This document shows, in pieces, positions 27,007-38,476 of a DNA stretch of 64,000 nt. Every line of letters starts with the position of its first letter. Position 1 is the stretch's first letter. Location: contig OZ024744.1 in assembly GCA_964016885.1 (NCBI GenBank), positions 79,360,001 through 79,424,000 on the forward strand, written 5' to 3'. The DNA comes from Eledone cirrhosa. Its lineage: Eukaryota. The notes under the pieces were generated by a model. That model saw nothing but the letters and a program-made list of their open reading frames with translations, did no database searches and had not been told where the DNA came from. The position numbers were made by a program, and so were the translations under genes.

Positions 27007-29844
27007 CTATCTCTTTCGCCATGGCCACCAGACAGATAAAAACTGCCTGCCCGCCAAGGTGGAGTTTCCACCAATCACATTGCCCGATTGGTCGAGGGCT
27101 GTAAGCGCCTGAAGACATTCCAGTCTCCAAGCGGTCCCTCTCGGTCTTCGCTTGACCCAGGACTGCAGCTCCGTCAAGGAGACGAGCTGGGGAAAAACGC
27201 GTCTAGCAAACGGTGACCACACCTGATCACCGTCGAGGGAGAGGTGGAGATGTCGTAGCCTGAGCGCGTGTCTGCGCATCATCAGCCACGGCATGCCCAG
27301 CCCTCCACGTAGCGGGTGTTGACAGCAGATGGACCGCCTGACCATCGGAGCGCGTCCCTTCCACAAGAAGCGAAAGAGCAAACGCTCCAGCGCAGTCAGG
27401 CGGGGCTTAGGACAAGGTACGACGGTCAGGCGGTAGTAGATGACGGATGCGATGTACGCATTCGCCACCTCCGCTCGACCTTTCAGGGATAGCTTCCTCT
27501 CGGCCCATTTCTGGGTGAGAGAAACCACCCTGCTCGTCACCTCGTCCCAGTTTTTGTCCGTCTGGAGGTCTGGACTGAACCAGACCCCTAGCAATTTAAC
27601 CGGTCCGTCCGTCCAGCACCCGACGACGCTGTTGGACGGCATGGACCTGCCTCTCCAGGTGCCGAGCTGCAGGCCCACTGACTTTTCCTGGTTGATCATT
27701 GCTCCTGTCACCGCTTCGTATTCTCTTAGTGTAGTGCCGATCGCCTCGATGTGTTTGGCGTTCGACACCACTACGGTGACATCGTCGGCATATGCTGACA
27801 CGGATCTTCCGCATCCTAGTTCGCGCGGGACCCCCCTCAACGTCTCCAGTTTGTGCAGTAATGGCTCGAGAGTCAATACGTACAATAGGGACGAGAGGGG
27901 ACATCCTTGGCGGACCGAGCGCATGATGTTGAACGGTTCCGAAAGGTGACCGTTCACTCTCACTACAGAGCAGATGTCGCTGTGCATGGCAGCGATCCAG
28001 CCTCTGAAGACGGGCCCAAAGCCAGCCGCCCTCAGGACTGCCGCTAGGTAACGATGGTCGACCCTATCGAAGGCTTTCGATTGATCTAAATTGATCAAAG
28101 ACCCACCCGTGCCAGGTTCCCTAGCTACCCTCTCTACGATGTATCGCATGAGGTGGAGGTTGTCGTGGATGGATCTGTCAGGAATGGCGCATGTCTGTGC
28201 CTCTCCCACCAGACCACCAACGACAAGCGCCAACCTCTTTGCTAGCACCTTGGTCAAAATCTTGAACTCTGTGTTTAGCAGAGTTATGGGCCTAAAATTA
28301 TCTATGTTATCCCCCTTGTTCGGATCCTTTCTCAGCAGCGCCACCGCTCCTCGGCTCACAGAGCTGGGAATTCTCCCGTTCTGTTGCCAGTTGCAGTAGA
28401 CGTCCGCCAAGAGGCCTCCGAACAAGTTTGGCATTTGTACGTAAAGTTCATAGGGCAGACCATCCAAACCAGGCGATTTACCCCTTGTGCAACTAGTCAT
28501 TGCATCCCGTACTTCAGCGGTTGTTATCGGCTTTTCGCAACACTCCGCCTCAGTGGCCGAAAGCCGCGGCAGTCCGTCGAGGTAGACACTAAAGTCCATC
28601 CCTCGATCCGGCCCGCCACTGCCCCCGAACAGTTGAGCGAAGTGTCGCTGAAAGGCTTCACACATTTTCCCGGGATCGAGTAGCATGCGCCCGTCGTGGT
28701 CCACCAAAGACCGGATCGTGGCTTTGTTGCCACGACGCGCCTCCGCCACTCGGGCCCATTGAACGGCTTTCGTCCCCTCGTGTCTGAGAGCACGCACCCT
28801 AGCTCTGACAACGCAGCCTTCGTGCTTTGCACTGAAGAATTGGTCAAGGGCCAATTTCGCCGCAAGTACGTCGGTCGCGATGCCTTTGCTAAGCGCCTCA
28901 TCTAATTTTCTAACTAATTCTCCCTCTGCTCTATTTTTCTCTATTGCTAAAGTCTTACTAAACCTAATGGACTCTATTCTAATTGCTCTTTTCAGAGCAA
29001 ACCACCACTTGTTGTTGACGATGGCCCCCGTCAACGCCCGCTTAACTAGTTCGCTAATCCGGTCTCTGTAGGCCTTGCGCGCTGGTAAGGACGCGTTTAG
29101 CTTCCAGTAGCCGGGTCCTCGTCTATGAAGCCTATCTAAGTCAAGCACACAGATCACGAATTTGTGGTCCGTGTAGCTGACTATCTTGAATTGTGGACAG
29201 CCTATGCTAGACCTATCTATTTCCCTACAAAATACTCTATCTAGATATGATCTGGATGACCCTATGCGATTTGTCCAAGTCCACATTGGTACATTCGGGA
29301 AATCCATTCGGTACCTGTCAGACAGTTCAAAACGTCTGAGCAGGTTGGTGAGACTCTTGCACCCTCCTTCCCTATCCACTAATCCCACACAATCCCAGCG
29401 TGCATCTAAGATCCCGTTCCAGTCGCCCACTAACACTAAAGAGCGGGACGTTCCAAGAAAGGTCTCCAGACGCCGGAAGAAATCAGGCCGCCCTGCTCCT
29501 GTCGGGGCATAGACGGCCACTAACCTGAAAGCTTGCCCGTCTCCGCTGGTCACGTCCAGCACCACCAACTTACCTTCTGGGTCCAGGAAGATGGCCCGTA
29601 TGGCAAGATCCAAACCTCTCCGAAAAAGCACAGCAACTCCTCCCCCCGATCCCGGACGGCTGGGAGATGCGTACACATCGTAGCCGCCGAAGATCGGTGC
29701 GAAAGCCTGTGCTTCGGAGATTCTGGTCTCGCTGATGGCCACTACATCTATGTTTAGTGACCTGAGGTCGTTCAGCAGGTGGCCCTGCTTCCATGACGAC
29801 CCCAATCCACGCGCATTTATGCTGCCTATTCTGAGTGAGGTCAT
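27007..29844 (-). CDS. Tx1-like ORF2 (AP endonuclease plus RT); C-terminal CCHC region lost by a ~380-bp deletion
   Basis: INARGL, ISET, VYAP, GDWN, SYLD, TDH (APE); YWKLN, KSPGLDG, NFRPITLLN, DQSKAFD, QGCPLS, YADD. Copy 2 keeps the missing segment at ~32656-33035. Confidence 0.93.
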   Translation of the reverse strand: MTSLRIGSINARGLGSSWKQGHLLNDLRSLNIDVVAISETRISEAQAFAPIFGGYDVYASPSRPGSGGGVAVLFRRGLDLAIRAIFLDPEGKLVVLDVTSGDGQAFRLVAVYAPTGAGRPDFFRRLETFLGTSRSLVLVGDWNGILDARWDCVGLVDREGGCKSLTNLLRRFELSDRYRMDFPNVPMWTWTNRIGSSRSYLDRVFCREIDRSSIGCPQFKIVSYTDHKFVICVLDLDRLHRRGPGYWKLNASLPARKAYRDRISELVKRALTGAIVNNKWWFALKRAIRIESIRFSKTLAIEKNRAEGELVRKLDEALSKGIATDVLAAKLALDQFFSAKHEGCVVRARVRALRHEGTKAVQWARVAEARRGNKATIRSLVDHDGRMLLDPGKMCEAFQRHFAQLFGGSGGPDRGMDFSVYLDGLPRLSATEAECCEKPITTAEVRDAMTSCTRGKSPGLDGLPYELYVQMPNLFGGLLADVYCNWQQNGRIPSSVSRGAVALLRKDPNKGDNIDNFRPITLLNTEFKILTKVLAKRLALVVGGLVGEAQTCAIPDRSIHDNLHLMRYIVERVAREPGTGGSLINLDQSKAFDRVDHRYLAAVLRAAGFGPVFRGWIAAMHSDICSVVRVNGHLSEPFNIMRSVRQGCPLSSLLYVLTLEPLLHKLETLRGVPRELGCGRSVSAYADDVTVVVSNAKHIEAIGTTLREYEAVTGAMINQEKSVGLQLGTWRGRSMPSNSVVGCWTDGPVKLLGVWFSPDLQTDKNWDEVTSRVVSLTQKWAERKLSLKGRAEVANAYIASVIYYRLTVVPCPKPRLTALERLLFRFLWKGRAPMVRRSICCQHPLRGGLGMPWLMMRRHALRLRHLHLSLDGDQVWSPFARRVFPQLVSLTELQSWVKRRPRGTAWRLECLQALTALDQSGNVIGGNSTLAGRQFLSVWWPWRKR

Positions 29845-29878
29845 GTTGAAAAGGAGTGGAAAAGATGGGAAAGACCAC

Positions 29879-31888
29879 TTACCTTACTTCTTCTAGGGGA
29901 AGGACGGTTTTTCCATCCTTTTCACTGCTTGTGGCCTCATCAGGAAGGATGTCCTTATAAATCCTCCTGGAGAGTGCTTGTCGGAAGTCTCCGATGTCTT
30001 TGGGGAATTTTTGTTTTAGTGTCATGTACGTTTTCTGTGTGATGCGAGTGATTTGTATGTGTGGAGGTGGTGTGAATTTTGGGGTTGTTGTGTAGTCTTT
30101 TTCTGTGATGCTGGTGTTGTGTTGGATGTAGTGTAATAATTGCTTGTTGTTCAAATTTAATGCTGTGTAGTGTGTATCGTTTTGGTTGTTTTGTTTTGTT
30201 TGCGTTTGTTGTGGGTTTGTTTCTGTTTCGCATTTTGGTGACTTTTGTGGTGTAGGTGATGGTGGTGCTGGGGTTAATGATGGTGATGGTGTTGGTGTTT
30301 GGGTTGATGGGGTTGGTGATGCTGGTGTGGATGGTGGCATATCTGTCCTAACTTTTTTGTTTCTTAATTTATTTGTTTCCCTCTGTATTTTGTTTTTGGA
30401 GGGGGAAGGAAGAGAATTTTTTCTTTTTTGGTTTCTTTTTTTTTTTCCGGATATCGTTTCCCACTCCTCGTCGTCACAATCTGTCTCCAGTTGTGATAGG
30501 CCGGGGAGTGGAAAATCCTCCACAGCCGTTAGTTTTGGTTGTGGTGTGGTGGATGGTGTAGGCGCTGGTGCTAGTTCTGAAGCATTGGGTGGTGGTGGTG
30601 TTGGTTTTGCTGGTGGTGGTAGTGGTGTTGGTTTTGCTACTGTTGCTGGGGTTGTTGCTGTTATAGTTGCTTCTGTTGTTGCTGCTACAGTTGTTGCTGC
30701 CATCTCTGCTACTGGTGGTGTTGATGGTTGTGTCACTGGGGTGGGTAGGAGAGGTGGCCTCAACCTTTTAGCCTGAGGGCAGAAAGCCCTTAGGTGGGTT
30801 CCTTCACCACAAACGACACACCTAGGTCTTCTGCCCTCGACAATTACCGTGAGGTGGCTGCCGTCAGTGAGGTCTATTACCTCTGGGATCTCCTCAATGC
30901 TTTTTTGGTCCGCTTGGATCAGGAGCTCCATCCCAGATCCGGACCAGTTCTCCTGCTTTTCTTTTGCTATTGCTATTATTTTTGTGTTGGTTTCGATGCC
31001 GGCGAGGACGGCCGCTATTAGCCAGGGAATTTCGATGGCCGGTGGAACGTGGGTCACCCTGATCTTTACGAGTCTCTGGCCACAATAGCTTGGGACGAGT
31101 GTGAAGTCGTCACTTCTTAATGGGGCCATGGAGTGTTCTCTAGCCTCCTCTGGTGTTTCAAAGAACACGTCCACGGTTCCATACTTCTGCCCACGTCTGA
31201 TGTGGGTTTTTCTTGCCCACACATGTCCCAAAGCTTTTTGGATTTGGGACTCGGATGCCCGTTCCACTCGGCGCGATTTTACATTTATTGTTCGATACGA
31301 CACGGTGCATAGGCGCCGATGCTCCATTTTATTAGGTGGGGGTGGGGGGTGGGGTGGGGTGAGGCTGACCCTGTACCCATCTTTCTTTACCATTTGTTTG
31401 GCATTTTCTAAATCCTCCTGAGTTACCGTAAATGCTTCGAACTGTTTTGCTACTCTGGCAAAACTGAGGGTGGTTTTTATAATGTCATTGTTGTTGTTGT
31501 TGCTATCGTTATTTGTGTTAATATTAATTTTAGTTTCAGTTGTGGTGGTGGTGACGTCAGTCGTCTTTGGTGGGGAAGAGTCCATTTTGCTTGATTTCAT
31601 TTCGACATCACGAGTTAATTTATTTTTTTCTTCTTTTGTTTCTGTTGTCGCGGTGGTGGTGGGGGTGGTGGTTGTCGCGGTGGTAGTGGTGGTGGAGGCT
31701 TTAACACCTGCAGTCATTGGTAATGGCGGGAAATGAATGTCTGCCTGAGACAAATTTAAAATATTGCTACTGCTTATATTTTTTGTAGTGTTGGCAAACG
31801 TAGTAACATTTACAATGGTGGTGTCGGTGTGAGGTGTTAATTTGTGAGAAAGGCTTTCAGCTGCTTGGTGCAGTGGTGAATTAGCCAT
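29879..31888 (-). CDS. Tx1-like ORF1 (669 aa, gag-like nucleic-acid-binding protein)
   Basis: Open frame directly upstream of ORF2 with a CX2CX4HX4C knuckle (CVVCGEGTHLRAFC), basic KKKRNQKRK and Pro/Thr-rich linkers. Confidence 0.88.
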   Translation of the reverse strand: MANSPLHQAAESLSHKLTPHTDTTIVNVTTFANTTKNISSSNILNLSQADIHFPPLPMTAGVKASTTTTTATTTTPTTTATTETKEEKNKLTRDVEMKSSKMDSSPPKTTDVTTTTTETKININTNNDSNNNNNDIIKTTLSFARVAKQFEAFTVTQEDLENAKQMVKKDGYRVSLTPPHPPPPPNKMEHRRLCTVSYRTINVKSRRVERASESQIQKALGHVWARKTHIRRGQKYGTVDVFFETPEEAREHSMAPLRSDDFTLVPSYCGQRLVKIRVTHVPPAIEIPWLIAAVLAGIETNTKIIAIAKEKQENWSGSGMELLIQADQKSIEEIPEVIDLTDGSHLTVIVEGRRPRCVVCGEGTHLRAFCPQAKRLRPPLLPTPVTQPSTPPVAEMAATTVAATTEATITATTPATVAKPTPLPPPAKPTPPPPNASELAPAPTPSTTPQPKLTAVEDFPLPGLSQLETDCDDEEWETISGKKKRNQKRKNSLPSPSKNKIQRETNKLRNKKVRTDMPPSTPASPTPSTQTPTPSPSLTPAPPSPTPQKSPKCETETNPQQTQTKQNNQNDTHYTALNLNNKQLLHYIQHNTSITEKDYTTTPKFTPPPHIQITRITQKTYMTLKQKFPKDIGDFRQALSRRIYKDILPDEATSSEKDGKTVLPLEEVR

Positions 31889-32094
31889 TTTTTTTTCAAA
31901 GAAATGTTTTGATAATCATAAAAGTTTAAATTTTGGGCAGAAGGCCCCAATCTTTTTGGGTGTCCTTTTCGGAAAACAATGTATGTGCGCTTATAAACAG
32001 TTAACAATAAAATTTTCCATAAATGACAATTTTTAACAAACGGAAATAAACCTTTGCGGAGCTCACGATGATACGATTTACTACGTAGGTCGCC

Positions 32095-32148
<54 letters not shown>

Positions 32149-32149
<1 letters not shown>

Positions 32150-35100
32150 CTTTCTTTATTAACCACAAGGGTTTACACAAAATAGACATTAAGGACAGTA
32201 CAGGACAATACAGGACGGTACAAATGGGCATTTCTGCGTGAAAAAAAAACAAAAAAAAACAGATGTTGTAATAAAAGAACAATGAAAAATTCCCCAATAG
32301 GAGGGCGACTTCCGAGGGCCATCTTGGAGAAAGCCCATTAAAAAAAAGCCATGGTGACCCTGACCACCAGGGCAATTGTCCTCTCCTAGTTTTCGACCTT
32401 CAATTTACAGGCATATACTCAGAGTAGGTCCATTCACTCGGGCCATTATTGCCTCTCTCACCCATCTTTCAACAAAATGCTGGGAAGAGAGCACTTCCCT
32501 CTCTACCCTGATTTTCCTTTTCAAATGAAATTGGAAAAAGTTTATCAGGGCATCACCGAAGAGGTAAGTGCTCGTCTTCAGCCTTTTCAGACGCGTCCAC
32601 CATACTATCTCTTTCGCCATGGCCACCAACCAGACAGATAAAAACTGCCTGCCCTTCTCGGCTAAAAAAAGAGGGCGGGGCAATCCTCACGATAGACTCA
32701 GCTGATAGCCGGATCCGTTCTACACGCGACCGCAGGTGTTCGACATAAACCCACAAGTCAGCAATGCTCGGACACTGGACGAGTGCATGCAGGACGGTTT
32801 CGTCACCCTGCGCACATCTCGGACATGCCCGGCTGACGGCATCTCCATGCCTGTAGAGTTTATCCCGAACTGGCAAAGCTCCTCGGTAGCACTGCCAGGC
32901 CAGGGATTTCTGGAAGTTGTCCATAGGCCCCGGCCCGAAAGTTCTTCCAAAGAGATTGGCTAGTTGATTTTCGTCGACGCCTAGAGTTTCTCCAAGTACG
33001 CCGTCGCTCTTCCCCTCCACTAATCCTCTATAGAACGCCAAGGTGGAGTTTCCACTGATCACATTGCCCGATTGGTCGAGGGCTGTGAGCGCCTGAAGAC
33101 ATTCCAGTCTCCAAGCGGTCCCTCTCGGTCTTCGCTTGACCCAGGACTGCAGCTCCGTCAAGGAGACGAGCTGGGGAAAAACACGTCTAGCAAACAGCGA
33201 CCACACCTGATCACCGTCGAGGAAGAGGTGGAGATGTCGTAGCCTGAGTGCGTATCTGTGTATCATTAGCCACGGCATGCCCAGCCCTCCACATAGGGGG
33301 TGTTGACAGCAGATGGACCGCCTGACCATCGGAGCGCGTCCCTTCCACAAAAAGCGAAAGAGCAAATGCTCCAGCGCACTCAAGTAAGGCTTAGGACAAG
33401 GCACGACGGTCAGACGGTAGTAGATGACGGATGCGATGTGCGCGTTAGCCACCTCCGGTCGACCTTTCAGGGTGAGAGAAGCCACCCTGCTCGTCACCTC
33501 GTCCCAGTTTTTGTCCGTCTGGAGGTCTGGACCGAACAAGACCCTAGCAATTTAACCGGTCCGTCCGTCCAGCGCCCGACGACATCATTGGACAGCATGG
33601 ACCTGCCTCTCCAGGTGCCGAGCTGCAGGCCCACCGACTTTTCCTGGTTGATTATTGCTCCTGTACCGCTTCGTATTCTCTTAGTGTAGTGCCGATCGCC
33701 TCGATGTGTTTGGCGTTCGACACCACTACGGTGACATCGTCCGCATATGCTGATATGGATCTTCCGCATCCTAGTTCGCGCGGGACCCCCCTCAACGTCT
33801 CCAGTTTGTGCAGTAAAGGCTCGAGAGTGAATACGTACAAGAGAGATGAGAGGGGACATCCTTGGCAGACCAAGCACATGATGTTGAACGGTTCCGAAAG
33901 GTGACCGTTCACTCTCACTACAGAGCAGATGTCGCTGTGCATGGCAGCGATCCAGCCTCTGAAGACGGGCCCAAAGCCAGCCGCCCTCAGGACTGCCGCC
34001 AGATAATGATGGTCGACCCTATCGAAAGCTTTCGACTGATCTAAATTGATCAAGGACCCACCCATGCCAGGTTCCCTAGCTACCCGATCCACGATGTATC
34101 GCATGAGGTGGAGGTTGTCGTGGATGGATCTGTTGGGAATGGCGCATGTCTGCGCCTCTCCCATCAGACCACCAACGACAAGCGTCAACCTCTTTGCTAG
34201 CACCTTGGCCAAAATCTTGAACTCTGTGTTTAGCAGAGTTATGGGCCTGAAATTATCTATGTTATCCTCCTTGTTCGGATCCTTTTTCAGCAGCACCACT
34301 GCTCCTTGGCTCACAGAGCTGGGAATTCTCCCGTTCTGTTGCCAGTTGCAGTAGACATCCGCCAAGAGGCCTCCGAACAAGTCTGGCATCTGTACGTAAA
34401 GTTCATAGGGCAGACCATCCAAACCAGGCGATTTACCCCTTGTGCAGCCAGTCATTGCCTCCCATACTTCAGCGGCTGTTATCGGCTTTTCGCAACAATC
34501 TGCCTCAGTGGCCGAGAGCCGCGGGAGTCCGTCGAGGTAGACACTAAAGTCCATCCCTCGATCCGGCCCGCCGCTGCCTCCAAACAGCTGAGCGAAGTGT
34601 CGCTGAAAAGCTTCACACATTTGCTCGGGATCGAGTAGCATGTGCCCGTCATGGTCCACCAAAGACCGGATCGTGGCTTTGTTGTCACGACACGCCCATT
34701 GAACGGCTTTTGTCCCCTCGTGTCTGAGAGCACGCACCCTAGCTCTGACAACGCAGCCTTCGTGCTTTGCATTGAAGAATTGGTCAAGGGCCAATTTCGC
34801 CGCAAGCACGTCGGTCGCAATGCCTTTGCTAAGCGCCTCGTCTAATTTTCTAACTAGTTCTCCCTCTGCTCTATTTTTCTCTATTGCTAAACCCTTACTA
34901 AACCTAATGGGCTCTATTCTAATCGCTCTTTTCAGAGCAAACCACCACTTGTTGTTGACGATAGCTCCTGTCAACGCCCACTTAACTAGTTCACTAATCC
35001 GGTCTCTGTAGGCCTTGCGCGCTGGTAAGGATGCGTTTAACTTCCAGTAGCCGGGTCCTTGTCTATGAAGCCTATCTAAGTCAACCACACAGATCAGGAA

Positions 35101-35985
35101 TTTGTAGTCCGTGTAGCTGACTATCTTGAATTGTGGACAGCCTATGCTAGACCTATCTATTTCCCTACAAAATACTCTATCTAGATATGATCTGGATGAC
35201 CCTATACGATTTGTCCAAGTCCACATTGGCACATTCGGGAAATCTAATTGCTACCTGTCAGACAGTTCAAAAGGCCTGAGCAGGTTGGTGAGGCTCTTGC
35301 ACCCTCCTCCCCTATCCGCTAATCCCACACAGTCCCAGAGTGCATCTAGATCCCGTTCCAGTCGCCCACTAACACTAAAGAGCGGGACGTTCCAAGAAGG
35401 GTCTCCAGACGCCGGAAGAAATCAGGCCACCCTGCTCCTGTCGGGGCATAGACGGCCACTAACCTGAAAGCTTGCCTGTCTTCACTGGTCACGTCCAGCA
35501 CCACCAACTTACCTTCTGGGTCCAGGAAGATGGCCCGTATGGCGAGATCCAAACCTCTCCGAAAAAGCACAGCAACTCCTCCCCCCGATCCCGGACGGCT
35601 GGGAGATGCGTACACATCGTAGCCGCCGAAGATCGGTGTGAAGGCCCATGCCTCGGAGATTCTGGTCTCGCTGATGGCCACCACATCTATGTTTAGCGAC
35701 CTGAGATCGTTCAGCAGGTGCCCCTGCTTCCAAGACGACCCCAGGCCGCGTACCTTTATGCTACTATTCTAAGAGTAGCCATGTTGGCTAGGATAGGAGG
35801 AAAACAAGTGAGAGGGGAGAGGTACAAAAAATTACCCGTGGCTCTTCTTTAGGAAGGGGTGGGTGATCCATCCCTCCGACGATTGGTGGGTTTCACCACG
35901 AGAATATCCGTGAATATTCTCGTGGTGATGATCCCTCGGTAGTCTCCAATTGATGTGGGGAACATTTTTTTTAATGTTATGTAAT
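32149..35985 (-). mobile_element. Tx1-like LINE copy 2: 5'-truncated in late ORF1, frameshifted ORF2 with CCHC domain
   Basis: ORF2 starts at 35782, pieces 35346..35684, 33652..35232 and 32553..33539 (CPRC...ETVLHALVQC); same 3' end; (TAA)n on both sides. Confidence 0.93.
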
Positions 35986-36031
35986 TAATAATAATAATAA
36001 AAATAATAATAATAATAAGCCATAAGCCATA

Positions 36032-37390
36032 AGCCATACCAGTAGTAACCTACAGTTACAATGTCATCAACTGGTCAAGCACAGAGATCCGTAGGTTCGA
36101 TACAAAAATTAGAAAATTCTTAATCATGCACAGAATGCATCACCCTAAGGCAGATACAGATAGAATATATCTCCCTAGGAAAGAAGGAGGACGTGGGTTA
36201 ATCCAGTTAGATATTGCGTTGAAAACTGCAACAATTGGATTATCTACATATCTAAGGGAATAACATGATTGGATGATCAAACTCGTTTTGAAACACAAAA
36301 GCATCAAAAGATCATACTCCATTACAAAAGATGCACAAAGATACAGTAATGGACTACAAATTTCAGAAGTCCCATTTACTGATGAAATGAAAAACACAGA
36401 AAAAGCAAAGCAGGTAAAAGTAACTGCAAAGAAAGAACTGCTACAGAAATTGGCTAAGAAATGGCAAGAAAAGCCTCTGTATGGAAAATATCCAGAAAGA
36501 GCTAACAATCCTGATGTTGACAAAACTTTAACCCATCAGTGGTTGGCATCCTCTGGACTGAAATCGGAGACTGAAGGACTGATTATATCAGCACAAGATC
36601 AGTGTCTGCCAACAAAAAATTACCAAGCCAACATAATAAAAAATGGATGCAGCCCATTATGCCGTGTATGTAAAAAAACAACCAGAGACCATTGATCATA
36701 TAATTTCAATGTGCAGTCCTATAGCTCCAACCGAATACCTAAACAGGCATGACAGAGCTGCACAATACATACATTGGATAATGTGTAAGCATTTTGACCT
36801 GCCCCATCAAAAGAATTGGTGGGAGCATCAACCACCTCCCATACTTGAAAAAGATCACATCTCAATCTTGTGGAACTTTAGCATCCAAACAGACCGAAAA
36901 ATAGATGCAAATAGACCTGATATAATACTGAAGGACTTTAAAAAGAGGGTATGCCTGCTAATTGAAATGTCCATTCCAATAGACAAGAATGTATCTATAA
37001 AAACATTTGAAAAATTAAGCAAGTATAAGGACCTGGAGATAGAAATTGGAAAAATGTGGAAATTGAGAACTAAAACAATACCAGTGGTTGTAGGTGCTCT
37101 AGGAATGATACCTAAGGGGTCTAATGATTACTTATCGCAAATCCCAGGAAACCCGCGTATAGGAGAAATACAAAAGATAGTACTAATGGGAACTGCCCAT
37201 ATACTAAGGAAGATTCTGTCAATATAAGAACATCACAAGTCTAAACACCTAAAGATGCATGTGTGTGTATGTATGTTCTTTCTTGAACATGGCGGACCTT
37301 GGTGTCTCTTGAGGTCACTGGTTGTGACTTGGTGATAACTCGTATGAACATAAAGCAAGATAAATGCAACTATAATAATAATAATAATAA
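36032..37390 (+). mobile_element. R4/Dong-like RLE LINE (family A), 5'-truncated, (TAA)n tail
   Basis: Near-identical to 54569-55919; CRVC...ETIDHIISMC, RHD, RPDI, IEMS, KY (restriction-like endonuclease). Confidence 0.92.
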
Positions 37391-38108
37391 ACGAAGTGGG
37401 TGAATCACCATATTTACAAGGATGAGGCTAGCCCACTGTCTAGGATCTGTGGAGAGAGAGAGAGGAGACTGTGGCTCTCATTGTATCCGAGTGAAAACAC
37501 CTAGCCCAGACTCACTATAAGGGCTGGAGACATGATGTGATGGGCAGGGTGATCCACTGGCACCTATGCAAAGTAAACAATTTACCACATTCTGAGAAGT
37601 GGTATGAGCATAAGCCAGAGTCGGTGATAGAAAACGATCAGGTGAAGGTGCTGTGGGATTTTAGGATACAGACGGACAAGAAACTGGAACACAATAGACC
37701 TGACCTGGTGGTTTTGGACAAGGAAAAAAGATCGTGCCTGATTGTGGATGTGGCCTGCCCATTCGACACGAGAGTGCAAGAGAAGGAGAGGGAGAAAATT
37801 AACCATACCAGGACTTAAAGTGGGAGGTGAAAAGGATTTGGAACTGCCATGAATTCAAAGTGGTCCTGATTGTCATAGGCGCACTAGGTACTATTTCAAA
37901 ACGTTTCCAAGGATGGTTAAAGAATATTGGCCCCGCCCCACTTTTTGGAACACTTCAAAAGGTATGCTTGCTGGGAACAGCAAGAACCCTCCGATACGTC
38001 CTGAATATCTGAGGCTGCAGGTAGTGGCTTAATATGCATTTCAACAAACTTTCCAGTTAACTAACATCAATGACTGAGACTCAAAGAACAATAATAATAA
38101 TAATAATA
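37391..38108 (+). mobile_element. R4/Dong-like RLE LINE (family B), 5'-truncated, (TAA)n tail
   Basis: RHD...WYEHKP...LWDFRIQTD...NRPDLV...IVDVACPFD; matches 58531-59225. Confidence 0.9.
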
Positions 38109-38111
38109 TAT

Positions 38112-38190
38112 ACTAGCAGAATGGCCCGGCATTGCTCAGGATTTGCTCTAGGGTTCTTATATTTTTTATATATATTTATCTTTATTGAGC

Positions 38191-38260
<70 letters not shown>

Positions 38261-38409
38261 TATGTTCATGTACAGATATTTTTGCATACACAATAACAAA
38301 ATATAAACATATTTATTTCATGAGGCTCAATAAGGATAAATATATATAAAAAATATAAGAACCCTAGAGAAAATCCTGAGCAATGCCGGGCCATTCTGCT
38401 AGTATATAT

Positions 38410-38476
<67 letters not shown>

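Larger units (their letters stand above)
26564..32094 (-). mobile_element. Tx1/L1-clade LINE copy 1, apparently complete at both ends, flanked by (ATT)n
   Basis: 5' UTR, ORF1, ORF2 and 3' UTR ending aataaagaaaac(ATT)n; plus-strand (AAT)n at 26527-26563 and 32095-32148. Confidence 0.93.
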
